DNA of 64,000 bases from the NCBI GenBank assembly GCA_043228905.1, contig JBHGNT010000012.1:13888001-13952000 (forward strand), written 5' to 3'. The first letter of the stretch is position 1. Every line of letters begins with the position of its first letter. The position numbers and the translations under genes were made by a program. Source of the stretch: Azolla caroliniana (Eukaryota; Plantae; Polypodiophyta). Of the stretch, positions 1 through 13,856 are shown piece after piece. The notes under the pieces are model-generated. The model did no database searches. It saw only the letters and a list, made by a program, of their open reading frames with translations, and was not told where the DNA came from.

Positions 1-3000
1 ATTGCTTCTCATTGGTGCCGCGGTGCCAGTCGATGAATGCCTTCCGCCGCCGCTGCTTGTGCTCCAGAATCGCTAATTCGAGTAGTTGTTCCAAACGGAT
101 TTGCAAGGAGTGTCTCTTAGGCAAGTGTAAACTTGGTAGCTGAAATTCTACTAACATTACGGCTTCTAGTCCGAACGCTAGTCGGAATGGCGTTGATTGC
201 ATGCTAGTTTTGAAGCTGGTGCGGTATGCCCATAAGGCGCTATGCAACTTCGTATCCTAATCCGTGTGGTTGTCGTTGACAATCTTTTTCAAGGCATTTT
301 GGAGTGTTTTATTCGTCGATTCCGCGAGTCCATTGGCCTGTGGTTAATACAACGTGCTTTCCTTATGAACCATAGTGTATTGTTCGGTGAGATCATGTAT
401 GACCGTATTCAGAAATGGCTTCCTTGATCACTGATGAGTTCGATACGGCAACCAAAACGGCACCAAATATGCTCATACAAGAATTTGACCGTGTAGCATG
501 CGGTGTTGTCGCGCAATGCTTTTGCCTCCACCCATTTCATACAATAATCCGTGGCCACTAGGATATATTTGTTTCCCAAAAGAGCCGCGACTGGAGTAAA
601 GGGTCCGACAAAATCGAGCCCCATTTCTGGAAAGGCTCGAGTGGAAGCACCGGCTAATGGGGCATCCGTGCTAGCTTTGTAGGTTGGCCCATTCGCTGGC
701 AAAGGTCGCATTCTTTATAGTATGCGTACACATCCCTTTCCATTGTTGGCCACCATAGACTTGCTTGCCATACTTTTTGGGACGTTATATCCCCCGCGTA
801 GTGGCCTCTTGCTGTCCCGCAATGAGCCTCTCGTAATACTGTGTCCTTCTCGTCCTGTCGCACGCCCTGTCGCTAGATGTCGTCGTTTCCCTTATGGTAT
901 AATATTCCTTCTACTAGGCAAAAGTTTCAGCTCCTACCCGCGAGTCATTTCTTTTCATCTATTCTTAGTTGTGGTGGTGGTAGTCCCCTTCATAAGAAGT
1001 ATGTCATTTCCATCAGCCATCTATCCGGGTAGTGCTTGCCATCTTTTGCCCTGGCTGTCCTAATACGTAGGATTTCGGCGTCTGGAAAATCATCGTGTCA
1101 TGTTACCGCATCGTTGCCATTGTCGAGCCGGCTTAGATAATCCGGTACCGCATGCCGTGTCCTTGGCCGATGCTAGATCTGGAATTCGAATTCTTGTAAA
1201 AGCAACATCCATCGGGCTAATTTCCCGGTTATTGATTGTTTTGTGACTAGGTACAGTAATGCGGTGTGATCCACGTGAAAAGTATTGACACTGTAGATCA
1301 TTCCGAAAGCTTCGTGCTCGGTTGTCAAGTAGTTCCATTCGGCGTCTAACAATTTGTGAGTGGAATAGTATACCGGTCGATACCAACTGGGCTCAGTGAG
1401 CGGCATAAGTGTGCTACCGATGGCTACGTCGGAGGCATCGACAAATACGTGGAATAGTTTTGACAATCTGGAGGTTTTGCTATAGGTGCTTGTGTAAGCA
1501 TCACTTTTAGTGCTTCGTACACCTTATCTTATGTTGTGGTCCATCTAAATGGTGTGCGGTGTACCGCGGCGTGTAACGGTGTTGCGAAATCCACAAGATA
1601 ACGGAGCATACGGTTGTGCCAATGAATTTGTCCCAAAAAATGGCTAAGGGCCTTTGCATTGCTAGGTGTCTTTTCCTTGACTATGGCTCTGATTTTACCG
1701 GGATCCACTGCAATACCGTCTTTGCTCACTATGTGGCCGAGAAGGGCTTTGCTGGTAACTTCGAACGCGCATTTGGACGGATTGAGGCTAAGTCGCGAAG
1801 TACAACATTGTTCTAAACATAACCTTAGATGGCTTAAATGATCCACTCGCATCCCACAGACCACAAAGTCAGTGAGGAAAACTTGCATGAACGTTGGAAT
1901 GAAGTCGCCAAAAATCTCGATAATGATGTGTTGGAACGTTGCCAGAGCGGTCTTTAATCCGAACATCATTACCATAGCCACAAACGTGCCCCATTTGGTT
2001 ATGAAAGAGGTTTTCTCCTGATCTTCCGAGTGCATGTGTATTTATACCCACTAAACCCATTGAGGAAACTGTACATGTCATGACCTGCGACCGCGTCTAA
2101 TACGCTATCCGTGAATGGAAGGGGGAATGCGTCGGTGATTGTGAGAACATTTAACTTGCTGTAGTCAACACACACTCGGATTTTGCCATTTTTCTTTGCT
2201 ACGACTACTACTAGGCTAAGCCATGTAGCTTGCTTTACTGGCCGAATAAACCCAGCTTTCAAGAGTTTTTTTTTTTCCTCCTTTACGCGTGTTGTGTAGT
2301 TCGGGTTCATGCGATAGCGTCTCTGCTGAACTGGTTTCGCATCCGTGGCCAAGTTAATTTTGTGTTGGTAGAATTTTGGGTTCAATCCCTTCATGTCTTC
2401 ATGTGACCATGCGAAGACATCTTTAAACTCCCGTAATAAGTCTGTCATTGCAAGTTTTTAGGTGGGTGTCAGGTCCTTTTCAATCGATAGTAGCCTTGGT
2501 GCCTCAACTGATCCTACATTGATTTCTTCCATAGTGACGTTGTGACTCTTCGCGAAATCTCCATCTCCTTCTCGAATGCCTCCCGTGCTTTATGCAGTTC
2601 CAACACCGATTTAGGGTCTGGTTCGTACTCTTCTCCGTTGGAAGCAATCGTTGGTACATACTCATTAGCAATTTCAAGGATGTCTATCTCAAACAACGGT
2701 ACTATCCGCAGATTTTTGTCTAGGTATGCCTCAAGTTCCGTATCCTCCAGCCCTTCTATCATGTTAATTTCTTCCGCGTATAATGGTGTTATTGCTTTCG
2801 TGGGTGAGGTGGTTTCCTGCGTTGGCACACAGACCTTGGCCCGCCCTCGTCGGAAGCTAATGCAATTGTACTGTCAGTTCTACTTGATATTAGCAGAGCG
2901 TAACCATGGTCGTCCCAACAAGATAGGATACGCCCCTGGCGCATCCAAAGGCATGACTGCTGATTACGATCCTTAACTTCCGAACCAACCCCAATGGTTT

Positions 3001-5766
3001 GACGGAACGGTGTCGTAGTGTATTTCGTACACTACATGAAAAATGTATGGAGTACCCAATTCAATAAATATGAAGAAATAGAAGAAAATATTAAAATATC
3101 TATTACATGCATAGGGCAAGATTCGAACCTTGTACCTCCATGTTAAAAAGATGAAGCCTTACCAAAATACTAACAAATCATGAGTGTTAGGAAAATAGAT
3201 ATCCCACATAGAAATGTTATTTTATGCATATTTTCTAGGATAAACTTTTAGTAAAAGAAAACGCTTTATAGAAAAGAGCTACATATGCACATCTAGTGTG
3301 CATGAACACTAAAGTTTGATAAAAAAAATCCATAAGGTTAGAAAAAACATGAAGTTTAGAAAAAACATAAAGTTTAGAAGAAAACATATAGTCTATAGAT
3401 AGTTAGAGAAAAATCAGGATTGGTAAGACTCTCTCATCACTATATAAGGATGGGGAGCATAATGTAATGGGGGATAGAAAATTATGGATAAAAAATCATT
3501 AGAGCTCAAAAATAATGTTTAATAAAATAAACTATGCTTCTAGGATTTACAAGTTTTCTATATCTTTCTTTTCCAATCTATTCTAATTTATTATTAGGGT
3601 TTTAAATATTAATAAAATAAATAAATTATACTCGTGGGATTCACGACGTTTCTATATCCTTATCTTTTAATCTAAATTCATATTCTTATCTAAATATTGA
3701 TTAATAAAATACATTATACTTGTGGGATTCACAAGTTTTCTATCTCTCTTTCCTATAATATACTCATAACTAGATTTGCCTCAAATTCTTCCTCCTCCTA
3801 GTCCAAAACCCCAGCGGTTCCCACCCGATTCACGCAACGATATGGTGCCAAAAGGCACGACAATTGGTGTCCATCATTCGGAGCCAAAATGGGCATGCTT
3901 CCCATTCCGTAATACCGAGGCGGTTACACATGGCTTTATTGATCACATTCACCCCAAAGCTGCCATCAATAATGCGGCCGACGATTTCCTGCCCTTGTAG
4001 CACCGCCTTGATGGCTGGATTGTGGTGACCAACCACGGCTAGGCCTGTGCCAAACTCTGTATAATTGGCCGAGATCTCTATTCTGTCTATGCCCCGTAAC
4101 CCGTTTTCCACGGTCTGCCAGAATCGAGGGACAAGACTTAATAGTTTGTCCATGGTCAGCGTAATTTCACAATCGACTAGTGCTTGCTATATAGGGTCTG
4201 GCACCAATACCATGTCTTGCATATGTGTGGTTGTGTGGCCAGACTCTTGTCGCATGCGTTCCACATTGGCTTCATTTGCCTTCTCTACCCAGGCTTCTGC
4301 AGCTTTGCGGATCTCGTCTTGCTCCGCCCAATCCGTGTTTTTCGCCTTGCTGTGGGTTGTAACCTGCCGGACTTCCGCCATGATCCGTTCACCACTAGCC
4401 CTTTCCCTTTATCGCGTCGTGGGCATTACATTGCGTGATGACCTTGTTGTTGACAAATAAAACAGTGAACGTTGGACTCACCTTTTTCGACAACCAAGGG
4501 TACCATGGTTTCTATCGGAGCCATCTGTTCTTCCCGGGGTCTCTGAAACCTCCTGTTGTTACGAGGCTTCTAGTGATACTCGCGACGACTATCCTGGCAC
4601 CGTTCTTCCTCCGAGAATTCGGCGTGGGATCGTTGGTTTCATGGCTGGCGATTACCTCCATACGAGCGGGGTTCCGCCTGACCGCCGCGATTGTTTGTGG
4701 TACGCTAGTTATTGTAGCGGCGCCCTCCTTGATGATTGGAACGGTCATTTCTCAGTAACTCCTCTTCTTCTTGCTCCTCTTCATCTGAATATGAATCATT
4801 GTTGTGATGGAGACGGTTCGACTGACCCATCCGCTAATTTCGCTCTATGTTATGGTAGCGCTCCTCCTATTGATCTTGGTCGTTGTGGCGGTAAGTCTAC
4901 TAAGGCTCCATATGGCGGATTGGAGGTGTGGGCCTATTCAACATGTTACATTCGCATTGATCCACCGTGTGGCTCGTGAATGACAAATGGGGCAATGGAT
5001 CCGCATGTTGCAATCCACCGCGGATTGCCTGGAGTTCAAGCAGATCGTGCATTGAATGGCTTGGCAGAAACGGTATTCCTCATCCTTGGGTAGTGCTTGA
5101 CGCAACGTTGTCATAGACATCCCATCGTCCTCCTCTTCTAACTCGACTTGTAATGCCCGTTCTATTACTGTGTCCGCCATTTGGTCCGTTAAATTTTGCA
5201 TATTTAACATTGCCCGGAAGGGTCATTGTAATGCTGCCAAAAATGTTTCCTTTGCTTCATCCTCCGTCAGAGCGCATGCTAACTATCGCTCTAAACTTTG
5301 GAAACGTAGGCTGAAATCAGCCACAGACTCTTGCGGGAGCTGTTTGACCGTATAAAATTGGCCGATGATCTCATGTTGGGGAATGCTTCTATGAAAGAAG
5401 CGGAAAAACGACGATTGAAGTTGGTCGCAGGAGATAAACGATGCGATGTCGAGCTGGGAATGCCAATGGGCAGCTTGCCCATCCAGGCTTAACCCAAACA
5501 CCACGATTTTGGAAGCATGGGGTTCCGCTTCCAGTAGTCGTTGTGACATATGGTTTGCGTTTGAGACATTTAGAAATACTACGCTAGCTCTTTACAATGT
5601 TCCCATGCCCTTTATATATACAGGGCATAGACGGTTACGCTTAGTGCGTGAACCGTTACATGCATTTCTACTTTCTAACGTCTCCATCATTATGAGGCTA
5701 CGCTTATACACTAGTCTACCTTAATTCCCGCCTTGTTTCTCACTAGTTCGTCTCGGGCAGACAACA
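1..5766 (-). mobile_element. Degenerate Ty3/gypsy LTR retrotransposon (partial 5' LTR, gag, PR, RT, RNase H, IN); runs off the left edge of the window
   Basis: Minus-strand ORF pieces lie in gypsy order. gag is at 5549-4938, protease IIDGSFGVNVI at 4153-3830, RT (RVCVDYSKLN, MFGLKTA, VFLTDF) at 2448-1529, RNase H (VFVDASDVAIG, YLTTEHEAFG) at 1466-1173, and integrase (HYAGDIT..CDLCQ, GLDFVGPF, ISDQGSHF) at 863-1. The outer LTR end TGTTGTC is at 5766, with a TATA near 5610. It is inserted in the gag of a copia element. Confidence 0.92.
3011..3862 (+). mobile_element. Solo LTR (TGTCGT...CACGACA family) inserted in the gypsy protease
   Basis: Terminal inverted repeat TGTCGT/ACGACA and a TATA box near 3441. 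Flanks are ACGG (3007-3010) and ATTG (3863-3866), a degenerate 4-bp TSD. Removing the insert plus 4 bp restores the host frame MDT-RSVKPLGLVR. Confidence 0.8.
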
Positions 5767-6704
5767 CATCTTCAAAAATAAGAACGTCGTGAACTGAGTC
5801 TCAGTATTTCGAAAAATCGTGAGGCTCCGGATTCAGGATGGCTCCAGTATGGCGGAGCACATCAATGCCTTCCAAGGGTTGATGAACCAAACCACCTCTC
5901 TAGAAGTACCTCTAGCCGACGAGGTATTAGCACAGTTGTTGCTAGGATCCCCTCCAAACAATTGGGAGACGCTCGTTGTCACTTTGGGCAACGTTGGGCC
6001 GGAAGGGAAGCATTTATCCCTAGAGCAGGTGATGTCAAGCTTGTTGAATGAAGAAGCTCGCATGAAGGACCGTGAGTCCAATACCGACCAAAAGGCCTTA
6101 GTCACGGAAGGTGACACGATTCAGGGTAGAGGCCTAAATCGAAGTCCCCAGAACCGAGATAAATCGGGGACCAGGTCGAAGTCGAGGAGGAGGCCCACGT
6201 GCTTCTATTTTGGAAAGCCGGGGCACTTCTAGAATAATTGTTGACACTTTCGAAAGGATAAAGGGGGAGTTGATGGCGTAGAGCCAAAGAAAATCCCTCA
6301 CAAAAAGAACACCTCAACAATCACCGTGAGTGAGGAGGAGTTGTTGCTCATTAGTGAGAAAAACAAATTCGGGTGCGTTGTTTCTCCTAAGCCCTGACCA
6401 AAAGTTCTTCTCATCCTATAGAGCCAGATGTCGGCATTTGAGATGTCTGTTTGGAAATCTCAACCGGGTGTAGACTCGTGTTGAGAGATGTACGACACGT
6501 TCTGGAGGTTATAATTGAACCTAATATTAGCCAGTCGGATAGATGATGAAGGCTACACGGGTAGCATTCGGAACAATGTCATGAAGTTCTGGAAGGGAAG
6601 TCTGATCATGCCTCAAGCTTGGAAAACCAACACACTGTACATAATGAATACTTGAATATGCCGAGGGGAAGAAAACATGGCAGTCGACACGGTCAGTAAA
6701 CTAT
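5767..6704 (+). mobile_element. Ty1/copia fragment (gag to GAG-pre-integrase) of an older copy that hosts the element at 6705
   Basis: ORF 5819-6232 (SMAEHINAFQGL..SLLNEEAR..CFYFGKPGHF) is a close paralog of 6790-7740. It ends at DTVSKL and resumes as (W)HRKLCHM at about 12205. Confidence 0.85.
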
Positions 6705-9700
6705 TGTTAGGAAATAGGTCCCTCCATATGGGAAGGGAGAAGAACAGTGTTGATGAGCAAACTCGGCCGAGGCCGAAACCGGATGAGAAATGGATGATTC
6801 ATTGGGAGGTATGTTCAAGCTCACCGGCTCCAACTATTCGGTGTGGAAGTCGAAGATGAGGGAAATGCTCATGGTTAAAGATCTTTGGTTGCCGGTTCAG
6901 TTCGGGGACAAGAGACCGAACAAAATCGACGCCACGATATGGGAGGTGATGCACATGAAGACAACGGCGTACATACGGTGCTTCATCGACATGAGCCTAT
7001 ACAACAACTTCAATGAAGAGAGCAAGGCTCATGAGCTCTGGGAGAAGATCGGCATTATGTTTCAGAACAAAAATGTTGTTAACCAGGTTTCGGTATTCCG
7101 GAAGCTAGTAAGACTCTGGTACCAAGATGGCTCCAGCATGGCGGAGCACATGAATGCCTTCCAGGGGCTGATACACCAGGCAACATCATTGGAAGTACCT
7201 CTCGCTGACGAGGTACTAGCGCTACTCCTGCTTGGTTCCCTCCCAGATAGCTGAGAGACGTTGGTTGTCACTTTGGGCAACACCGGGCCAGAAGGGAAAC
7301 GGTTATCCCTAGCAAGAGTAAAGTCGATCTTGCTTGATGAGGAGGCGCGTCGGAAAAATAAAGATACGAGCTCCGACTCCAAAGCACTCCTTACTGAATC
7401 GGAACGCGGAAGACAAAGAAACCGTAGTCCCCAAAACCGGGAAAAGTCGGGGACACAGTCAAAGTCAAGGGGGAGAGCTACTTGCTTCTATTGCAGCAAG
7501 CCGGGATACTTCCAGAAGAACTGTCGGCATTTCCGGAAAGACAAGGAAACCGACGGTACCGATTCGAAGCGGACACCGGACCGGAACAGTAAAGACCGGA
7601 AGGGAACGAGTGCAATCGCGATGAGTGAAGAAGAGTTGATGCTCATCACCGAGGAGAGTGAAATAAACCTTGCCGGCAACGAGATGACCTGGGTGGTCGA
7701 CTCCGGAGCGTCATTCCACCTTACCCTGGACCGTAAATGATTCTCATCCTACACAACCAGTGATCACGGTTGTGTCCGGATGGGGAATGAAGGTACATGC
7801 CGAATTGTCGGCATAGGAGACGTGTGGTTGACAACACCAACCGGTTGCAAGATGTTGCTGAAGCATGTCCGACACGTTCTGGAGGTTCGTCTGAACCTGA
7901 TATCAGCCGGTCGGCTAGATGATGAAGGCTACACGGTTAGCATCCGGAACAGTGTCATGAAGTTCAGCAAAGGGAGCCTGATTGTGGCTCGGGCCCGGAA
8001 GGTAAACACATTGTACCTGATGAATGCCTGGTTATGTCCGGAGGAAGTGAACGTGGCATCCGACACTACCGATGAGTTGTGGCACAAGAGGTTGTGTCAC
8101 ATGAGCGAGAAGGGGATGAAGAGGCTTGCTGACGACAACCTCATTCCAGTGAAGAATGTGCACTTGGAGAAGTGCACTGATTGTCTAGCCAATAAACAAA
8201 ACCGAACCTCCTTCCGATCAAGGCCACCGATGAGACGTAATGCGCCACTGGAGTTGGTGCATACGGATGTATGTCAAGTGGATACGAAGTCACATGCCGG
8301 ATTGCTGTACTTCGTGATGTTCATAGATTACCACAGCCAGAAGCTGTGGGCCACACCATTGAAGACAAAGGATCAGGTGCTATCTGTCTTCAAAGAGCTC
8401 CACGCGAGGGTGGAAAGAGAAACCGGCCGGAAGCTAAAGGCGGTTCGAGCAGATAACGGAGGTGAATATCGGGGGCAGTTCGAGGAGTACTGTCGCTCAA
8501 AGGGAATCCGGTTCGAATTTACTGTGCCGAAGACGCTAGAACTAAACGGGCTGGTCGAGAGAATGAACCAGACCATAATGGAGATGGTCCGGAGTATGCT
8601 GGCACATGCAAAACTACCCAAGAAGTTTTGGGCTGAGGCACTGTCGACGGCGACATATGTGCTAAACAAATCACCCTCAGTACCCTTGGACGGAGACACG
8701 CCACAAAGAGTCTTGACCGGTAAGGAAGTGTCCTACCGTCATTTGAAGGTATTCGGGTGTCTCGCGTACGTGCATGTAGCTAAGGACCGGAGAGGAAAGT
8801 TAGATCCAAAGACCTGGCCATGCATATTCCTCGGTTATGGCGACGAAGAGTTCGGCTACCGAGTGTGGGACCTGGTCGACAAGAAGGTATTCCGGAGTCG
8901 AGATATTATCTTCATGGAGGACAAGATGCTCGCCGACTGGGAGTCAGAGAAGAAGATAATGAACTCCGAGTCGACCGGTAAGGATCGATTCTACGATGAG
9001 CAGACCCAACCGGCAAGAGACCGATGGGCACTCGAGGAACCAGCCGGTTACGGTGAGGATACCGAACCGGCAGAAGAAGAAGTAGAGGAAGCTGAAACCG
9101 GAACCGGCCAAGACCCCGAATCGGATTCAGTTGAAGAGCAAATGGAGGAGCCGGTTACCGAAGCCCAGAGACAGAGATATCCTCTTAGAGAGAGAAGGCC
9201 CCCCCGGAGATTTCCGGATGCAGAGCATGTGCTGCTAACCGATGAGGGGGAGCTAGAAAGCTTCGAAGAAGCGAAGGATGACACCCACAGCCACAAATGG
9301 TTAAGTGCCATGTAGGATGAGATGGATTCCTTGCATGAGAACCATACGTACGAATTAGTGGAGTTGCCGAAAGGAAAGTAGGCACTCCGAAATAAGTGGG
9401 TGTCCAAGTTGAAACTGGGAGATGCCGGCAACCCCCCGAGATACAAAGCCAGGATCGTGGTGAAGGGGTTCCAGCAGAAGAAGGGCGTGGACTTCGACGA
9501 GATATTTGCCCCGGTAGTAAAGATAACCTCCATCCGGACGGTGCTGAGTATAGCGGCAAGCATGGACCTCAAAGTAGAGCAGCTGGACGTGAAGACGACA
9601 TTTCTTCACGGTGACCTCGAAGAGGAGATCTACATGCAGCAACCGGAAGGATTCGTGGAGAAAGGGAAGGAGCACCTGGTATGCCGGTTGAGGAAGAGCT

Positions 9701-10270
9701 TGTACGGACTGAAGCAGGCTCCCGACAATGGTACCGGAAGTTCGACTCCTTCATGGCCGATCAAGGGTACCACAAGACGCAGGCCGATCACTGCGTGTTT
9801 GTGAAGAAGTTCGAAGGAGGCAACTTCCTGATACTCCTTCTGTACATGGATGACATGTTGATCGTCGGACGGGACCAAGTCAAAATACGGATGCTGAAGA
9901 AGGCTCTCAACCGAACCTTCTCAATGAAAGACTTGGGTCCGACAAGACAAATGTTGGGGATGCATATTATCCGGAACCGGTCAGTGAAGCAATTGTGGTT
10001 GTCACAGGAGAAGTACGTGACAAAGGTGCTTCACCGGTTCAACATGGCAGATGCGAAACCGGTCGGATCGACACTTCCGGCAAACTGCAGGTTATCCGGT
10101 AAGCAAATCCTGAAGACGAAAGCAGAGAAGGCGGATATGATGAAGATTCCATATGCCTTTGCCGTCCGGAGCTTAATATACGCAATGGTGTGTACCCGAC
10201 CAGATATAGGATATGCAATCGTAGTGGTGAGCTGGTTCATGAGCAATACCGGCAAGGAGCACTGGAACGC

Positions 10271-10961
10271 TGTCGTGAAGAAAACCGCCCACAAGAGGAA
10301 TCGGAGGAGCAAGGCGTGGGAAACGGCTCTACACACACACGCGCGCCAAGAAGTACCTAAGGACGAAGTAGGTACATACGAGGATCCGAGGTGGGAGATT
10401 CGGTTGGTATGCAGTTAATACCAAACGGCCTCCTGACGGGCTATAAAAAGGAGGAGGAAGAATAGAAAAAGGGATCTCGCGGGGAGAGGACGAGGTGCTG
10501 CCGAACCGATTTCGGAGCTCCTCTCTCACTCCTGCTTTCTCTGTCTTCTGCTCCATCGCGTACCTGTGCAGGTTTCGAGGAGGCTTGCGCTGTTCCGTGG
10601 AACGCCCCGAGTGCGTCCTGCAGCACCTCCGACCTGTTTTCCCTTTCTGTGCGTCGCAACATACAGGGGTCGGCATCTGTTCGCCGCCCCGTCCGTTTCG
10701 TTAGTATCTATTCCGTGCCCCACCGCGGGTTGTAATACTTTGGTCTGTTATTTCCTTGCATTCATAAGTACATATCTTCCGTTGTTGCGTCCATCTGCGT
10801 CGGCGTTTGTTTGTGATCTCTGTTTGTTGGGCCGTGTCCCTGTGCAATCTTCGGTTCTGTGTAATCGGGTCTCTCTCTTACTCCGCTCTCTCTTGCTCTT
10901 CGGTCCAAGACCCCCGTGGTCCCTCCTCCTTTCTGCACGCAAGGGCGTAGCAACCCCGACA
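10271..10961 (+). mobile_element. Solo LTR (TGTCG...CGACA family) with a perfect 4-bp TSD ACGC, inserted in the copia RT/RNase H linker
   Basis: ACGC|TGTCGTG...CCCGACA|ACGC, with TATAAAA at 10442. Excision restores HWNAVKWILRYLKG. Confidence 0.93.
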
Positions 10962-11525
10962 ACGCGGTTAAATGGATACTCAGGTACTTGAAGGGCACTT
11001 CGCATATGTGTCTCCGATTCGGCTCCGGAAAACCTCAACTTGACGGTTTTACCGATTCGGACATCTCAGCTGATGTGGATACCAGCCGGTCTACATCCAG
11101 GTATGTAATGACATATGCAGGGGGAGCTGTTTCGTGGCAGTCGAGGCTACAGAAGACGGTTGCGTTGTCAACCACGGAGGCGGACTACATGGCGGCTGTG
11201 GAAGCCGACAAGGAAATATTATGGCTGAAGGACTTCATCGGAGAGCTTGGTATCCGGCAAGATGAATATCGGCTCTATTGCGACAGTCAAAGTGCCATCC
11301 ACCTTGCTAAGAATGCGGCCTACCATTCCCGGACGAAGCATATTCAGCGTAGGTATCACTGGATCCGAGAAAGAGTAGATGACCAGGAGTTCACGCTGAC
11401 GAAGATCCACAAGGCCGAGAATGGGTCAGATATGCTGACCAAAGTACTGATACCCGACAAGTTGGATGCATCCCGGAAGCGAGTCGGACTAGTAAGACAT
11501 CCCATGCCGGAGTGAAGGGGGAGTT

Positions 11526-12207
11526 TGTTAGGAAACAGGTCCCTCCGGATGGGAAGGGAGAAGAACAGTGATGATGAGCAAACTCGGTCGAGGCCGAAAC
11601 TGGATGAGGAGTACCCTGCTACGGAGAGCCGGATAGCGCAAACCCAGTGAGAACCGGATGAGGAGTACCCAGCTACGGAGAGCCGGATGGTGCAGACCCG
11701 GTGAGAACCGGATGACGAGTATCCGGCAAGATCCGGATGATGCAGGCCCGGTGAGGAGCGCTCTCCGGATGAAGAGACATATTCGTAAATATGTTTCTGA
11801 GAGTCCATCGTGGCTATATTTGTAAATAGCCGAAAAGTCATATTAGTATAAATATGACTTAGGGCAAACTTTTGATAGTGTAGTTGTCATTCTTGTTGGT
11901 GCAAGAAGAGAAAGTGTGTAACAGTGTACACAGAGAGAGAGAGAGAGAAAGAGACGAAGAGTTCGCATCTCTGTTGTAACCGCCGACTGTGGCGAAGATA
12001 GCAAACTCGAGGTTGTTACCTCGGTGCTCCACCATTGTACATTCTTATATAGTGATAGTTTGGAGTCTGTGGACTCCCGTGGTTTTCCCCTCTAAGGGTT
12101 TTCCACGTTAAACATCCTGTGTACTCTTCCTCTCCTTTGTGTCGTGTCTTTCGTTTCCCGTTTTCTGTGTATGATTCTAAGCTCGGCTGTGGCCGAGCGT
12201 TGCACAG
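11526..12207 (+). repeat. 3' LTR of the copia element; same family as solo LTR 57965-58772; terminal ~25 bp lost
   Basis: It follows the PPT, begins TGTTAGGAAACAGGTCCCTCC like 6705, and aligns along its length with 57965-58750. Confidence 0.88.
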
Positions 12208-12712
12208 GAAGTTGTGCCATATGAGCCAGAAGGGGATGCGAAAGCTTGCCGAGGACAATCTCATTCCGGAGGTGAGGAATGTGCAACTTGAGAAGTGCAC
12301 TGATTGCTTGGCCAGCAATCAAAATCGAACATCCTTTTGAGCATGGCCCCCGATGAGGAAGAAAATGCCACTGGAACTCGGGCATAAGGACATATGCTAT
12401 GTGGACACGAAGTCGCATGGTGGTTCATAGTATTAAGTGACCATCATTGATGACCATAGCCGGAAATTGTGGGTTTCCATGCTGAAGACGAAGGATCAAG
12501 TGTTATCTGTCTTCAAAGAGTTTCAAGGGAGGGCCGAGAGAGAAACTGATTGAAAGCTTAAGGCAGTCCGAGCGGACAATGGCAGAGAGTATCGTGTCGA
12601 AGACGCCAAAGATTAATGGGTTGGAGGAGAGAATGAACCAGACCGTAATGGAAAGGGTCCGAAGTATGCTTGCACATGTTAAGTTACCGAAGATGTTCTG
12701 GGTTGAGGCGTC
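12205..12712 (+). mobile_element. Continuation of the older copia copy (GAG-pre-integrase and integrase fragment)
   Basis: Translates to HRKLCHMSQKGMRKLAEDNLIP..CTDCLA..NGLEERMNQTVMERVRSMLAHVKLPKMFWVEA, paralogous to 8080-8640. Confidence 0.85.
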
Positions 12713-13856
12713 GTTGCAATCCAGGATGCGGTCGAGAACCAAATTTTTGCAATGCATCAAGGTACTCATGATGGAAGAACCTAATGCGCTCGATACATGA
12801 CATCTTCTATCTGTAGTCATTATCATTGTTATGATCCCAAGCTAGCAACTTGGCTTCTTCATGTGTAAGGTCATCGTACACTTTACATTCTGCATATTTG
12901 AAGAATGGGGTAAGAGGATACTCCTTCACAAGTTGACGTTCAGCTTCAGTAGAGTGTGATCCTCGAATCACGTAGTATGTGTAATCGTCAACCGATCTAT
13001 ACTTAAAGTCAACAACAGTTGGGCACTTATCAGGGTCGACCATTACTAAGAATGGCACTAGAGTGGCGTGTGGATTTATCTTCATTTTGCTTTTTGAGTT
13101 TTGCACATGCACTGAATGTGGCTCTCTTATTTCTAGAGCCCATCTTCCTGTTTCAAGATCAATGGGTGTCCTCTGAATAGAGGAGATCGTCTTTACAATG
13201 CTCTGAGGGGAGTATTCCCAATGCAATGTGGCTCCCTGGAGGAATAACTTCGAGCTCGGTATCTTCCTCCTCATCCTCCTCAGGTTGCTGCCTTTTCTTG
13301 TACTTCTTATGTTCCGGTTTTGATTTATTGGCAGACTTTGGTGGTGTGGTTGCTTGCGCGACCATAAGATCTCCCTTAATATAAGGGTGAAAAACAACAA
13401 TCAAATTATTTTTGGGCTCAACATCTTTTTTGAAAGCTTTCGGGTGGCATGAGTCAACTATGAAATGTTGTTCATCTATCCTGACTTTGCGCATCCCCAC
13501 CGAGCTATCAACATCGAACAAGAGGTTCGATGAGTCGTTGTCTTCGTATTCGATTTTCTTTACATGGCCGTAGGTGAAAGTCTTCCCCACCTGCAACATG
13601 CCCTTACATTTAGATTTCGCAAAAATAAGGAGCAAATCTCTTTCATCCTGGTTATAGATTAATGTCCACTCGACATGAGGGTAGCCCTTTACGAGAGGCT
13701 CCCCACTACTCTTGTCTCCTAAAGTGTGCGAAGTTCCATCCCCTCCCGACTCAATAAACGTTTTCCGTAAGTCAGGCTTGTACACGGTGTTAGAAGTTTC
13801 TTTTGTTGGGGAGGGAATCTTCAATTTGAAGGATGGGACCTTCTATCTTGATTCAC
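12710..13856 (-). pseudogene. Disrupted gene with a ParB/Srx-fold domain, preceded by a possible OB-fold-like region and an acidic linker; probable DNA-transposon cargo; 3' truncated
   Basis: ORFs 13824-13159 and 13400-12807 are joined by one frameshift, and the frame continues past one stop. The product reads LEIREPHSVHVQNSKSKMKINPHATLVPFLVMVDP..YYVIRGSHSTEA..EEAKLLAWDHNNDNDYR*KMSCIERIRFF. This fits the ParB pattern R..V..L...I......P.V....Y.IIxGxHR..A...EN..R..L..IE. A possible splice acceptor (TTTCAG) is at about 13856. Confidence 0.6.

Larger units (their letters stand above)
6705..12207 (+). mobile_element. Ty1/copia (Tnt1/Tork-like) LTR retrotransposon; near full-length pol with stops; 5' LTR largely deleted
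   Basis: The 5' LTR remnant TGTTAGGAAA (6705 to about 6788) is fused directly to the gag ATG at 6790. Motifs: Zn knuckle CFYCSKPGYFQKNC, protease VVDSGASFH, integrase LWHKRLCHM..VHTD..RADNGGEY, RT YKARIVVKGF..LDVKTTFLHG..LYMDDM, RNase H FTDSD..ALSTTEADY..DMLTK ending 11515. PPT GAAGGGGGAG precedes the 3' LTR at 11526. Confidence 0.95.
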
